From the NCBI GenBank assembly GCA_964035545.1, contig OZ037768.1, positions 2,946,741-3,010,740 of the forward strand: a stretch of DNA of 64,000 nt, given 5' to 3'. The DNA comes from Bugula neritina. Lineage: Eukaryota; Animalia; Bryozoa. A program made the translations under genes and the position numbers. The notes beneath the pieces are model-generated. The model was not told the DNA's origin and did no database searches. It saw only the letters and a program-made list of their open reading frames with translations. Within the stretch, counting starts at the first letter, position 1; the number at the start of each line of letters is the position of its first letter. Shown here in pieces: positions 25,286-37,735 of the stretch.

Positions 25286-26797
25286 ACAGTATATTATAGC
25301 ATATGATATGACTAGCATTTATATACCCCTGTATGCTGTTAACACGGTTTGATTATTTGTAATTTCAGAAACATTTTATTTGGCAGATGGAGTATTGTTT
25401 ATGGAAAGTGGAAGAAAAAGACAACTCCCTACTAAACACAAGATACTTCAATGTCACTGCATGCTAGTTGCCAGTGTAACCACAATATGTATATCAAAGT
25501 AATTTTTTGTAGATAATATTTAACTACATTATGATTTTAAACCGAATTATTTTTTGCTTCACATTTTTATTCCATTTTTACATAACTGTTTACAGTATTT
25601 TGTTACTAAGGCAATAATTATCAACGCCTCTTCCAAAGTTGAAAGTTTGAGAGTCAAGCAAATTATGTCATCTATATTGGGTTCAGCTGCTTATGAAATT
25701 AAACATGAACATCTCCTGCCAACACACTTTGTCGTATCATTAGAGAGCTTGACGTTTACTGATTCTCATCTGCATAAAGTGTAGTATGTGTAGAAAATAA
25801 TATATAATTTAGGAAAACTTAAATGTCCAAAAAAGGTATCATTTGACCTTACATTTTCCTTCACATAGCATATAGTTTGTTGGGCTATTTCATACATGTT
25901 TATGCTTAGCAAATTTCTCTCATCTCAGGCTCTCTAATGATACATAAAATAGAATACCTCAACAGCCATTTTGATTCAAATTCGTACCTGCATTACCACT
26001 AGGGGTGAAGGTTGTTATTACCATATGTTTACAATTATTCAAATTTTATATTATATATTGCTTTTTATATTATATTTTATTTTTATTGTATAATTCTGAA
26101 TGTGTCTAATAAGATTACCAACTCAAATCGTATTGTCCTCTTTTTTATACATAATCATAACATAGATTAGTACATCACAAGTAATCTTCACACAACTGCA
26201 GCTTAGGGTTTTGGGAATACTGAAAGATGGTGTAAGTTTCAGCAGGTTTAAAAATAGGCATTGCCCACCCAAATGACATGTCAAGAGACATAAATCCAAC
26301 GGAAAAAATAAAGCAATACCACACCTGCTAGTGTTACACAGTATAGCACAACTTCTACTATCACTGTGTTTCCAAGCTGCGGGTTATTTAATGGATTTTT
26401 CGTTCATGTTTTGGAAACAGTTGCATAGAGTTAAACCATAAGTTCATGCAAACCGCAATCACAAATTTATCTGAATGAGCATCCATTTGTATAATGCCAT
26501 AGAAATGTATACGTACAAGTTATTGTAGGAATGTTAGTGCTGACCAGTAGATGCATGTAACACCAGTTAATCTTGCAAACCATGCATTGATCACTCTAAG
26601 CCCATGCTGCTTATATTTGCTTAAACATTTTCAAACTTGACATTATTTGTCTCAGCAAGGATTATTTACTATCTTGAAGTAGGCTTTGTTGATTATTATG
26701 CGGTGCTTTTTATATCTAGAGTTGATAATTGACCAAGAATTGATTGTCCACGTTATACCTGATTCTGTAATATCTACATATATCAAATATAATTTTA

Positions 26798-26886
26798 CAC
26801 ACAGTATGTACTAATGTACACATACAGTATGTACTAATACTCACATAAAGTATGCACTAATATTCACATACAGTATGTACTAATGT
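26798..26886. repeat. ~22-23-bp tandem repeat CACATACAGTATGTACTAAT.., ~4 copies
   Basis: Direct reading of the sequence. Confidence 0.8.
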
Positions 26887-28678
26887 AAACTGCATAACCA
26901 TGAATGTTATAGTAACCATAAAACTTTGTTACGCTACATGATTTATAATGCTGGCATTCACTTATTGTAATATACAGTGGTTAGTGCAGCATTGTTGGGT
27001 AACGCCCACTCTAGTAGCCCAAGTAAAGCTGATTCGTGTAAAGAAAACAGCTGCCCACTTTCTAGTGCCTAACTCTATCTCGTTACAACTTATTGCTACA
27101 TGCCTTTGTAGCAGTTTTTTACATTCTTCGTAGCCTGGGGGCACCAAGTAAGTTTATTATCCTTGTGTGAGCTTTATTAGTTTATTGGCAATAACTGGGT
27201 GCTACGGGCTATTACTATATAGTAATTAGAACAAAAATTATGTCTAATCAATGTTAAGATAGCCTGTAAGGGCAGCCTCGGCAATGATTCGCTCACTTTT
27301 GTCAAGTGCGGCAGCATTTCTTTCACTTTACAATGGCAGCATCTACTCTTGAGTAATTGGTTTATATATATTATGATGTCATTAGCTAACTGCTGCTTGC
27401 ACTTTCCATTTTATGCTCTCTTCGCAAACTGTTAGAATTCCCTCTTGCATCTTCTTATGATACGCCAACATCACTCGTCACGCTCAGTGTAAGTTTTTTA
27501 GTATTTCTTAGAGCACTACTTGTTTGTAAACTTAAGTTTGTTGATGCACGGCGTTTGACTTTGTAGTATAGTACAGCTATAATCATAGGTAAAAGTGTGA
27601 AGCACTCTTTAAAGCAGTGATATGGAACATGAAACCCTTTAGTAGAAATTGTTATTTCACTAATCGCTCAAAACTTCACTAACAAGTTGCATCAGTTACA
27701 TGCTTGCTTACGGTTTATGTAACATAAACATGTTTACTTAATTGCAATGAATAAGCTTTTGGATTTGTACCAGCATCATGTTTTGATGAATTCTTGGCAA
27801 ATATGGAGTTGAAATCTTTAATAATACAGTCTCAACTTAATATATGTAATATTGGCAGTTTTAAAAACCTTTGTTTTTATTAGATAGGTGTCTCTAAAAT
27901 TAGCAACTTTTAGAAGATTCACCATAACTTTCTTTCATATATATTGGAGTAGAGCGTATCTCGCCTATTGCAACACTGAAAAACACTAAAAACTGCTGCA
28001 ATTTCCACATGGTTTCATATTTGGCTGTTTTTATTGTTTCTATCTGTGTACTATGAACATTATCAGCTTAGAGATAATATATAAATGTTGTATTTTGGCC
28101 AAGCATACTATAAAGTTCGTGATAACTTTCCTTCTAAACAAGTGTATTGTAGGTCACTTATGCGTGTGCTAGCAATTTACAATGCCAAGTGGCAACATAA
28201 TACTATATTATTCGTAATTTTATTCTTCATTCTATTTGTTTATCAGCTGTAATAGTCTAAAATGCTAGACAATGCGGTAGAATAAAACTCAATGCATTCA
28301 TATGAACTCAGGTAGGTTGCTAATATATGAACGCATGCATTGCTGAGAGTACTGGATATGCTATAGAGATAACCTACTTTTTATACAAAAGGAAAATATT
28401 ATGACGAGTTTTAACAAAAAATACTCAACAGTTTATAATTTGTAAGTTTCACCCATGGGCAGTCATGGAGCACATAAACTTTTACTCTGATCTGAAGAAT
28501 CAAAACCCATGCAGCTATATGGTGAAAATGCAAATAATGTTAGATATTATACATGTAGTATAGACTCCGTATAATATTGTTAGATAGAGGAGATCTTCTA
28601 GTTAATAGAACATGCTGTATATATTATACATCACACCAAATGAGAGCATTATCTGTCTATAGTATAATACACTGAATA

Positions 28679-28893
28679 AAAAAGCTCATACAAGTTTATA
28701 GTCGCTATTCCTATCAGAAACCCTGATGGAAAAGGGTTTTTTAAAGCGGGCTAGGATAAGGACTTATTCAGATGGAGAACAGAAGCAATTATGACTGAGT
28801 GCTCTTCCTAACATTACCAATGGCCTTTACTGGGATTCGAACCCATGACTTCGTGTTTACTAGGCCAACGCTCTAACCGTTAGACCCTATATA
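28679..28893 (-). mobile_element. tRNA-headed SINE, copy 1
   Basis: Minus strand reads GGTCTAACGGTTAGAGCG (A box) ... GGTTCGAATCCC (B box). 18-bp TSD AGTATAATACACTGAATA at 28661-28678 and 28894-28911. Homologous to 36073-36294. Confidence 0.88.
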
Positions 28894-29658
28894 AGTATAA
28901 TACACTGAATATCATATAATACTGTAAAGCTCAACACGTGACTTCCATTGCATGTTGGTGCAAGCTGGACAATCTAGAATACATTTCATATCATACTATA
29001 CATATATTATATTATACAATTTTATACTGTAATTATATTGCGTATTATATTATGTAAATGAGAAGGTGGTTAATTTTTTAATGTATATTTTTAATTTTAA
29101 CACTTACATATATAGCACTTTTCTGCAAAACTAAAACAACATTTTAGTTCAGCTATTAAACTTTGTTCTGATTTATTTCTAAGCTGTAAATTTTACGAAA
29201 ACTAGCACGTGTATCCAATTTATATTGACAGCAACTGTTAACTGTAGCTGCTGCTGCTACTGCTGCTGCCGTGACTAGTGGTACTCATATTAACTTATTT
29301 AATTAATGAAGAGGTTTTCCATTCCTTGAAGAATAACTCCTTGAGCTCAAATTCTATTGTACATTACAACTTATATTATTACTGTAAACACAATTTTGGG
29401 ATTAAGCTTAAATCTAACTCTTGTAAGAGTTAAACATAAAACTCATAGCTATAAAATCTTACTGCAAAAACTCTACCTACTTTTTTTATTAAAAATATAT
29501 TTTAACTTTTTTTAGCTCAAATAACTGTATCAAGTTTATTGTTTCATAAAATCCTACAATATATAATTGTAGTTCTCAAGAATAGAGTTATAAATTCCTT
29601 AGCACTTGGAGCTGCAGTACATGTACCTTATGCATGTACTATCTACATGTAAGTCACT

Positions 29659-31046
29659 ATGGAGCACGTCTTGCTTCTCTCCACGCTCTCTCTTCTCTTG
29701 GGATTATCTCTCTCTCAAGATATGTTTTTCATAGGTATGTCATGCAATAACTAATTATACTTATTATATATATACCTCTATTAATGTGTATTTATGCTCT
29801 CACAGTTAAAAAAATACAGAAGTGCTTCACTTACCACATCCATTTATTATACATTTAAATGATGAAATAATTTGATAGCATTGGAAAATAATTGTTGACA
29901 AATAATATCTGTGTATACTGTGTGTATACTGTGTATGTACTGTGTATGTACTGTGCATGTATGTACTGTGTGTATACTGTGTATATATTGTGTATGCATG
30001 TTGTAGACGTCATTGACTGCTACAAATGTGTAGGAAAGGCAAACAACAGCTCTTGCTCAGATCCCTTCGTAAGAGAAGAGAAAGATATTAATGAGGTCAA
30101 GGTCATACCATGTAATAGAGGAGCTTGTCTGAAGAGGTTACTTAAATCTAGTGAGTTACTATTATATATACTTTACCTGCACATACTTTACTTATACATA
30201 TACTTTGCCTACATGTATACTTTACCTACATGTATACTTTACCTACATATACGCTTTACCTACATATATTTTACCTACATATATACTTTACCTACATGCA
30301 TACTCTATCTGCATATACTTTCTTACCTATACATATACTTTACTTACATGGTGTACGGTAGTAAACAGGAAGTCTTTGTACATATAGTGCATAACTGACT
30401 ACATTTTAAATAAAATAAGCAAAAGTGTTAATCCGTAAGGTCAGCTAATAAAACAAATTGCATGGCTTTCCTGTATTGCGGGTCCTGATTTAAACAGACC
30501 GAGTATGGTACTGAAATTGTTGGGGGTTTAAACCCATTTTTTACCAAACTAGAAAGTATTCTACTCTACCATTTGTGCCACCTTAACAATAGTATGCAGA
30601 GATATTCACCCTTATATCTCTAGTAGACTTCAGTCAGTCAGTCAGTCAGTCAGTCAGTCAGTCAGTCAGTCAGTCAGTCAGTCAGTCAGTCAGTCAGTCA
30701 GTCAGTCAGTCAGTCTTCTTATCAACACCTGCACTAAATGACCTTTCTCTGCCTAATGTGAAATGTTATTTCAGTATGAAGAATAGTCAGTCTTACAGTC
30801 TCGGGTCACATGACATTGCCACTATCATTTTATGTCTTAGACGGAACACCTATGATAATGAGAACGTGCACGAATGAACTGGACTTCAAACTTCCTCTGG
30901 TAAACAACGTCTGCCAAAAAGAGAGCGATGGGTTCGGGTATTTGTGTATGTGTGGCAGAGACTTATGCAATGGAGCAGTACACGGATCTGCTGCTTCTTT
31001 ATTTGTATTAACTGGAGTTATCTTTTCATTTTTTGTATTGATGTAG
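29659..31046 (+). CDS. Ly6/uPAR three-finger, quiver/sleepless-like GPI-anchored protein, copy 1 (exons 29659-29734, 30007-30150, 30841-31046)
   Basis: Signal peptide MEHVLLLSTLSLLLGLSLS, 10 Cys (IDCYKC...CSDPF...RTC...CMCGRDLCN) and a hydrophobic C-terminal tail. Two phase-1 introns. Confidence 0.88.
29908..29998. repeat. 12-bp tandem repeat TGTGTATACTGT-like
   Basis: Directly upstream of the Ly6-1 acceptor at 30005-30006. Confidence 0.85.
30165..30350. repeat. 18-bp tandem repeat ATATACTTTACCTACAT.., ~10 copies
   Basis: Directly downstream of the Ly6-1 donor at 30151. Confidence 0.88.
30470..30582 (-). mobile_element. Degenerate tRNA-headed SINE fragment
   Basis: Minus strand reads GGTGGCACAAATGGTAGAG (A-box-like) ... 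GGGTTTAAACCC (B-box-like). No TSD seen. Confidence 0.4.
30631..30715. repeat. (CAGT)n microsatellite, ~21 copies
   Basis: Direct reading of the sequence. Confidence 0.98.
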
Positions 31047-33146
31047 TAGGACACAACTCTTGCATATGGTTTTAGTCATTACAATAGCAATATAATTATT
31101 ATACACTCTGTAGTGTGTAGTATGTGGCAATACTTAATATATTTATATTGTACAATTCCTTCACTGTATGATAGTTGGTTGTATCATTTCTATTAATTAT
31201 AATTTATAGAACTTTTTAATGTTTTTGGCAATAGTATGCCTTATAAATTGAATTATTCTTAGATTTAAGATTAATTTAGACTACAATTATATTGATATTA
31301 AAATTTTATTATGTCTTTCATTAAAATACTACTGTGTATATAAATAGTAGTTATATATCATAGTTTATATTATGTCTTACAATTTTCGAAAGCACTTCGA
31401 CAAATTGCAGGACCACTCATGCTAATATTTTATTATGTCAACAGTTATAAACTATTATGATTTGAGATTACATGAAACTTTCATTTTTAGTATTAGAATA
31501 TAATAGATTATGATTTTTTTTGCAAATTTAAACAACTAATAAAATTGATAGCGGTTTCTTCTGTAGTAAACAGTGTGAAGAAATAATATTCAGTACACTA
31601 TATGCTTGAAAGTTGACAAGTTGGTCAATCAACTCTGCTTTAATTTGCAGATACACTAAAAATAATTTGTAATTATAATTGCTTTCTAAAATCAATTTAA
31701 TTAGTGATGCCGAGCTACACTAAAAGCTTCCAACATGCAATACACAGCACATTGCCTTGCCAATTTATATAGGTGTTAATTGATGATGAACATTTTAGCC
31801 AGTATTAATTAAGCAAAGTGTTTGTAGAAGCTGCAGCAAAATTAAGAGACAAGCAATTAACGTCAATTGTTAACTTAAATTAGTATAACATCTAGTATAA
31901 TATTAATAATCAGCTAAGACAGATTCCCCTACTTTGTGATTATATTACTTTTATGAAAATTTCAGCTGCAAACAGCTTCCACATTAGCTTATTATAAATC
32001 ATGTTGCTAGCAGTATACAAGATTTCAAGATAAAACCCATTATGCTAGAATAATGCATTATTGGAAATGTACAATGGCCAATAATATGTATTAATGGCAA
32101 AGTATAAAACCCAATGAAACTTGAATATTAGATTTTACTAACAGAACCTGGACTGTGTACATAGGTGAAGAGAAGTAAAATCAATATTACACATTAACTA
32201 CAAAGGCAGGCATTAGTCCAGCACATAGTAATACTGCTTAGCTGCTACATTGTCTGTTATATACTGGCATTAGCATATTCACATCCTTTATTATTTACAT
32301 GGTAGCAGCAGCTACACCTTGAGTTACTTGCAAGACGTAATGCTCAATGTAACATAAAGTAGCTAGCATCTAGTTTGCTCGCATGTATTCAGCTGCTGCA
32401 TAAATTGGACTACTGCTACTGATATTTCTACATTTATAGAGCCATAAACACTTCATACTAGAATGTGGCCGTATGTAAACTCCTCGTTGCTTGGAATGCT
32501 GTGTTTTGGTAAGTTTTTATGCTGGCACATTCGTATTTTGTGGACTTTGGACTAAGTTTTACATTTTGTCCATTGAATTGTATAATACGGTGTGGTGTAC
32601 ATGCTCATTAGTAATACTGTATCTTATTATATAGCTGCAACTTTGAAACTAAAGTATTTTTTTGAAGAGTTTTCAGAAGAGTTAATATTTAACTATTATA
32701 GAGTTGCATAAACAATAACTAGTAAAACTAGAGACTTCAAATCTAATTTCCTTCCGAATATTTATGTTTCCACTGTTCAACCTTACCTACGGGCCATTAG
32801 TACAGAAAACACACTCTTGTAAGATAAACACCACTTGTGTCAGTAGTTATAAACTACTTTCTGTCAAACGTTGCCTAGAAGAGTCGAAATAAAGCGAGTT
32901 GCGAATAGGAAATGACATCAGGTTCAATTTAATTGGTTGATGTTTTGAACCGCCTACTTTGACGAAGGATGCCGCCACCTACGGCATAAACCCTGCCATG
33001 AGTTTGTAGTAACTTCTTTCTATACACTTGTAGGCTACCAAGTCAAGTTAGGTAAAGGCAACTATTTTTAAAACTAAGTTTGAGTGGTTTTTTAAGACGC
33101 CAAAAGTAAATGTTGTAGTGTTGAGTTTACCCAGTGGCCTCCGTGG

Positions 33147-33200
33147 TTGCAAGCCAGAGGACTCGGGTTTGATTCCCAGTGGGGGCAATTATTTTACAAA
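33147..33200 (+). mobile_element. 3' half of tRNA-like repeat (partial copy)
   Basis: TTGCAAGCCAGAGGACTCGGGTTTTGATTCCCAGTGGGGGCAATTATTTTACAAA matches the 3' half and tail of 33333-33418. Confidence 0.7.
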
Positions 33201-33332
33201 CCATTTCGGCCTTGTCTTGTGGAAGTACTCTCAGAAGGTTGAGTGGCAAGTGGAGCCCATAAACTGACAGAGTACGTAGGGGCTAGTGCAGTTCTGGAGA
33301 GAACTGGGTGGGATGTTGTTTGGAATCTCGAA

Positions 33333-33405
33333 GCCCCTGTAGCGTAATTGGTTAGCGCGCCTGCTTGCAAGCTGGAGGTCTGTGGTTCGAATCCCGGTGG
33401 GGGCA
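33333..33405 (+). ncRNA. 73-nt tRNA-like element (pseudo-tRNA or short tRNA-derived SINE; Ala/Cys-like loop TTGCAA)
   Basis: Acceptor and D stems pair, A and B boxes are intact and TTTT follows. The anticodon loop is only 6 nt and the T stem is mismatched. Confidence 0.7.
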
Positions 33406-34643
33406 TTTATTTTACAAATGTTTAACTTAAACTAGCCAAAAAATCAGGCATGTGTCTATTTTCACTAGCCAAATCCATGCAGTATACAATAGTCTCAACT
33501 TACAATTGGACAATTTATTACTCAATAAAATCAGTGAATAGTTTTATACCCTGGGCAAAAATGCAGATGACATCACCAAATTTCTAAAATGGCTAAAATA
33601 GACTCATGAAAATCAGTGTTCTCTGACCTAGTAAGTCAGCCAGTCAAACTGAGGCGAGGTACTGTTTCCATTGGAAAGATTAATTTTTTGAAAGTTTTTT
33701 TATAAGGCCTGGAAAGGATTTAGAGTTTGACCCCCTTGACATGCCTTAGTCCATAGTGGCAACTCTTGCAACATATTAACGCTAACAATAATAATAGGGC
33801 TACATTGCATATAATCTATACTATAATTCGTTAAATATTTTTTCTTAGATATATATATATGGTCAAATACTTTTTTTAGTTAGCGTAGCATAAACTATAT
33901 AATACTATGATGGAGCCACTCTGATTGACTTGCATTGCAAGTGCTACGCAATGTTGTTAGTACAATAATTATATGCTGATTTAAACTAACTATGCAAGGA
34001 ATGAACTGGAATATATTAAACAATGTTACTCTTATATCAGATGAGTTAATAATTACTTAATTAGAAATTTGTAATCTGTATGCATCTTGAAGTTATATTT
34101 ATAAGTGGTTTCTGCGTTTACTCGTTATGCAAAATATAACATGATGTGCTTCCTTGTAATACTTTCATGCAGTTAATAGAATAGTTTCTAATTTTTCGAG
34201 CTTACAACTCCAACACTAAAGAAATACTTTATAATAACAGAGAGAACAAATTTGGATTAACTTGCCCCTTCCTTTTTTTTACATTTACCATAAAGTTTAA
34301 AAAAATAGACATGCCATCATGCAGACACCAAGTTTACAAATGAAATATCATTAACTAAATTACTCAATTAATGCTTTAACTTTCTTTCCCAATGCCTTCG
34401 GTCATGCTAATTTAGAAAAATTCTCCAAGGGTCGTTCATATGTTTTACAAAATAGGCTTCATTATAACTTTCACAATATTTTGCATTATTTCAAGAAAAC
34501 TTGTTAATCAAAGATTTTTCTACATTATTTTCAAAGAGTTACCTTTTTTGTAGTTGAATACACGGCAACAAATCAGTTATTCAATAAAGTCCTAATTGCT
34601 TCAAAACAACTTAAGTTAATATGCTGAAATCTAAAATCTTATT

Positions 34644-35372
34644 CTCACCTATCCCACCTATCTCACCTATCTCACCTATCTCACCTATCTCACCTATCTC
34701 ACCTATCTCACCTATCTCACCTATCCCGCCTATCCCGCCTATCCCGCCTATCTCACCTATCTCACCTATCTCACCTATCTCACCTATCTCACCTATCTCA
34801 CCTATCCCACCTATCCCACCTATCTCACCTATCTCACCTATCTCACCTATCTCACCTATCTCACCTATCTCACCTATCTCACCTATCCCGCCTATCCCGC
34901 CTATCTCACCTATCTCACCTATCTCACCTATCTCACCTATCTCACCTATCCCGCCTATCCCGCCTATCTCACCTATCTCACCTATCTCACCTATCTCACC
35001 TATCTCGCCTATCCCACCTATCTCGCCTATCTCACCTATCTCACCTATCCCACCTATCTCACCTATCTTACCTATCTCACCTATCTCACATATCTCACCT
35101 ATCTCATCTATCTCACCTATCTCACCTATCTCACCTATCTCACCTATCTCACCTATCTCACCTATCCCACCTATCCCACCTATCTCACCTATCTCACCTA
35201 TCTCACCTATCTCACCTATCTCACCTATCCCACCTATCTCGCCTATCTCACCTATCTCACCTATCCCACCTATCTCACCTATCTTACCTATCTCACCTAT
35301 CTCACCTATCTCACATATCTCACATATCTCACCTATCTCACCTATCCCCGCTTTGTCCTGTTCGGGTAGCGG
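34644..35372 (-). mobile_element. 5'-truncated non-LTR retroelement 3' end (L2/CR1-like stem-loop) with a ~78-copy (GATAGGTGA)n tail
   Basis: 18-bp TSD GAAATCTAAAATCTTATT at 34626-34643 and 35373-35390. Minus-strand hairpin CCCGCT-ACCCGAACAGGACAA-AGCGGG is followed by the 9-mer array. Confidence 0.8.
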
Positions 35373-36072
35373 GAAATCTAAAATCTTATTGCAGGCTACT
35401 AAATCTATTATCTTACTTTATCTAAAGTCTTGACAGATTGCTCTGTTAAAGCAATAAGTTGTTAAAAATGAAATAGGATGCTCTGTCATTGGAAAAGAGT
35501 ATTTGTGAACCAATTTACTGTTAGTTACAACACTACCACTTTGAATAGACAAAAATTTTATTTACGGCAGATGCCATGGACAAAACATGAATAAGACAAT
35601 TCCCATGTTTAGACATATAATATTGTGTTGTATAGTAATAGACTGAAACAGTTTTTGTAATACTGGTACTAATACAGAATAATTGCACGAGATTGCTTCA
35701 TTTCAAAGCCTATATTTATATAGGCCTTTTTGCTCTACTTCTAATAACTTTAATTTATTAAATTCCCATGTTGTTTTTAAAACTATATCTTATTGCTATA
35801 CTCAAATCTAAAAAAGTGAGTTCTAATATAAAATATTTTTGACATAGAACTGAAAAAAAACCGTTTTTTGCATCATTGTTTGTGATAAGTTGAGTTTGTT
35901 ATTTGTCATGATTTAATTTACCTACATAGCCCATAATGCAGCAGTGCGTAATATATATAATAAATTATAACTCTATACTGTAGTTTGCTTTACTATATTA
36001 TACAACTAAGTTCAACATAATAATCTCTTGAGAGTTGTCTTCACACTAATTAGGCGCATATAACAAGCATAT

Positions 36073-36294
36073 TATGAAGGGAGCAGCCGTGGTCTAGAGG
36101 TTAAAGTGTTTGTGAACACGAAGTCATGGGTTCAAACCCCGACAAAGGCCATTCGTGATGTTAGGAATAGCATCCAGTCATAACTCAAAATTGCTCCTGT
36201 GTCTTATCTAAACAAGTCCTTAGCCTGTTCTAACAAAAACCCTTTCCATCAGGGGTTTCTCACAGGGATAGCGACTATAAACTTTCGTGAGTTT
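36073..36294 (+). mobile_element. tRNA-headed SINE, copy 2
   Basis: GTGGTCTAGAGGTTA (A box) and GGTTCAAACCCC (B box). 14-bp TSD TATAACAAGCATAT at 36059-36072 and 36295-36308. Confidence 0.88.
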
Positions 36295-37735
36295 TATAAC
36301 AAGCATATGTAGAGAAGGTACGATAGTTATTTATATCTACAAAGTACCACAAATAATATAGTTGACCCTTTAAACCTATAGATATAAGAGTAAATTAATG
36401 GGGAAAATGCAACTATAATACAGTTTTAAATAATTCTTCTTCTGAACTATAGTGTAGTCCTATACAAAACTAACTAAAGTAGCTACAGTAGCAATCTTTT
36501 GCTCCAAAACTAATATTATACCTGGTTTTTACAGAGAAGAGTTTTGCCTTTGACCTCATTACCTTTGACCTCATTACCTTTGACCTGCTGACTAGTTTTG
36601 AAAAATACCTGACAAAAATAGGTTTTGACACTCTTTACATTTTCAATAAACTTATGTAATTCTTTAACTTTACAAACTGAGGAGCAAAATAATATTTCTC
36701 CCCTTTCATTTTTACAAAACAGTAATTACTGGAAAAGTTAGTTCTTTACAGCAAGCCTGTACACTTGGGTTGAGTAATTTAATAAACACTCAGTGGCTTG
36801 CAACTAGCTGCTAATTAATTACAAGTCAATAACCTATGGCTAGCTTTCAGCACAGCTGAGTATACACAGTTTATATAGTGTACAGGAAGGTTACTAACTA
36901 CATAGCACATTATCTCTAACATTGCATATTACATATCAATTAGTGCCAATAGATACATGGGTATTTCAAGGTTTCTCCTCATTTAGAAATGAATCCTCTA
37001 CTGTACTAGGTATTGTGACAAAAAGTGCAGACTGTTATTAGAAATAAAACTACAACTGTGTTGTATTGTTAAAAGAAATGCCTAAACTCAAGACTACTGG
37101 ATCTCGTTGGTTATATTTATTGTGTGGTAAGCTTTGATTTTCTAGAAGTTTTTTTTATTTCTGCAGCTTCCAGTGATTTCACAGCTAAAGAATATATTGT
37201 GTAGTTGTTGATATAATGGAGTTCCTATAAGATAATATATGATATTTTTATGTCAAATAGCTGATAATACGTTAACTACTACAACTGCCTAATTTTTTAG
37301 TTTAGTATTGGAATAGATGAATCAACAATGCACTTATTTTTAGTTTATGGTTTGTTATATCTGTTCACTACAATTTATTAGTGTTCCACTTATTTACCAT
37401 AGCTGACTAAAAGATTGACATAAAAGTTGATTTTTAGTAGGCACAGTGCTTTTAGAGAAATTAAAATTTTATCAAAGTGAAGCCTTCAAGATTAATGAAA
37501 GTAGTTTTTCGAAAACGCTAGTCTTAGTTATATAAACTTGTGCCACGACTTTAGGTGCAGCAACATATAAGTTTCAAGTATGAGGTCTCCATAGTGTTTA
37601 TATAAACTGCTAGTCTTTTACCAGTCCATTGGTAAATTTTTTCAACATGATACGGGCTTTGTGCCATTTATTCATTGTTGCTCCTATAGCTTCTAAGTTC
37701 TGTCCTGTAGGTCCCTGCATATATAGATTGTTGTT

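Noticed and set aside
32870-33000. Possible hammerhead ribozyme or Penelope end (TGACGA..ATGCCG/CGGCAT hairpin)
   Set aside because: The core lacks CUGANGA and the GAAA after stem II.
33333-33405. Functional tRNA-Ala/Cys gene
   Set aside because: 6-nt anticodon loop and mismatched T stem, shared with a dispersed copy; kept only as a tRNA-like element.
34621-35433. 270-aa ORF of (ISP)n repeats
   Set aside because: Translation of a 9-bp tandem array inside a TSD-flanked insertion; no coding evidence.
36546-36586. Three TGACCT nuclear-receptor half-sites in a 15-bp repeat
   Set aside because: Spacing does not match a common DR element and there is no supporting context.
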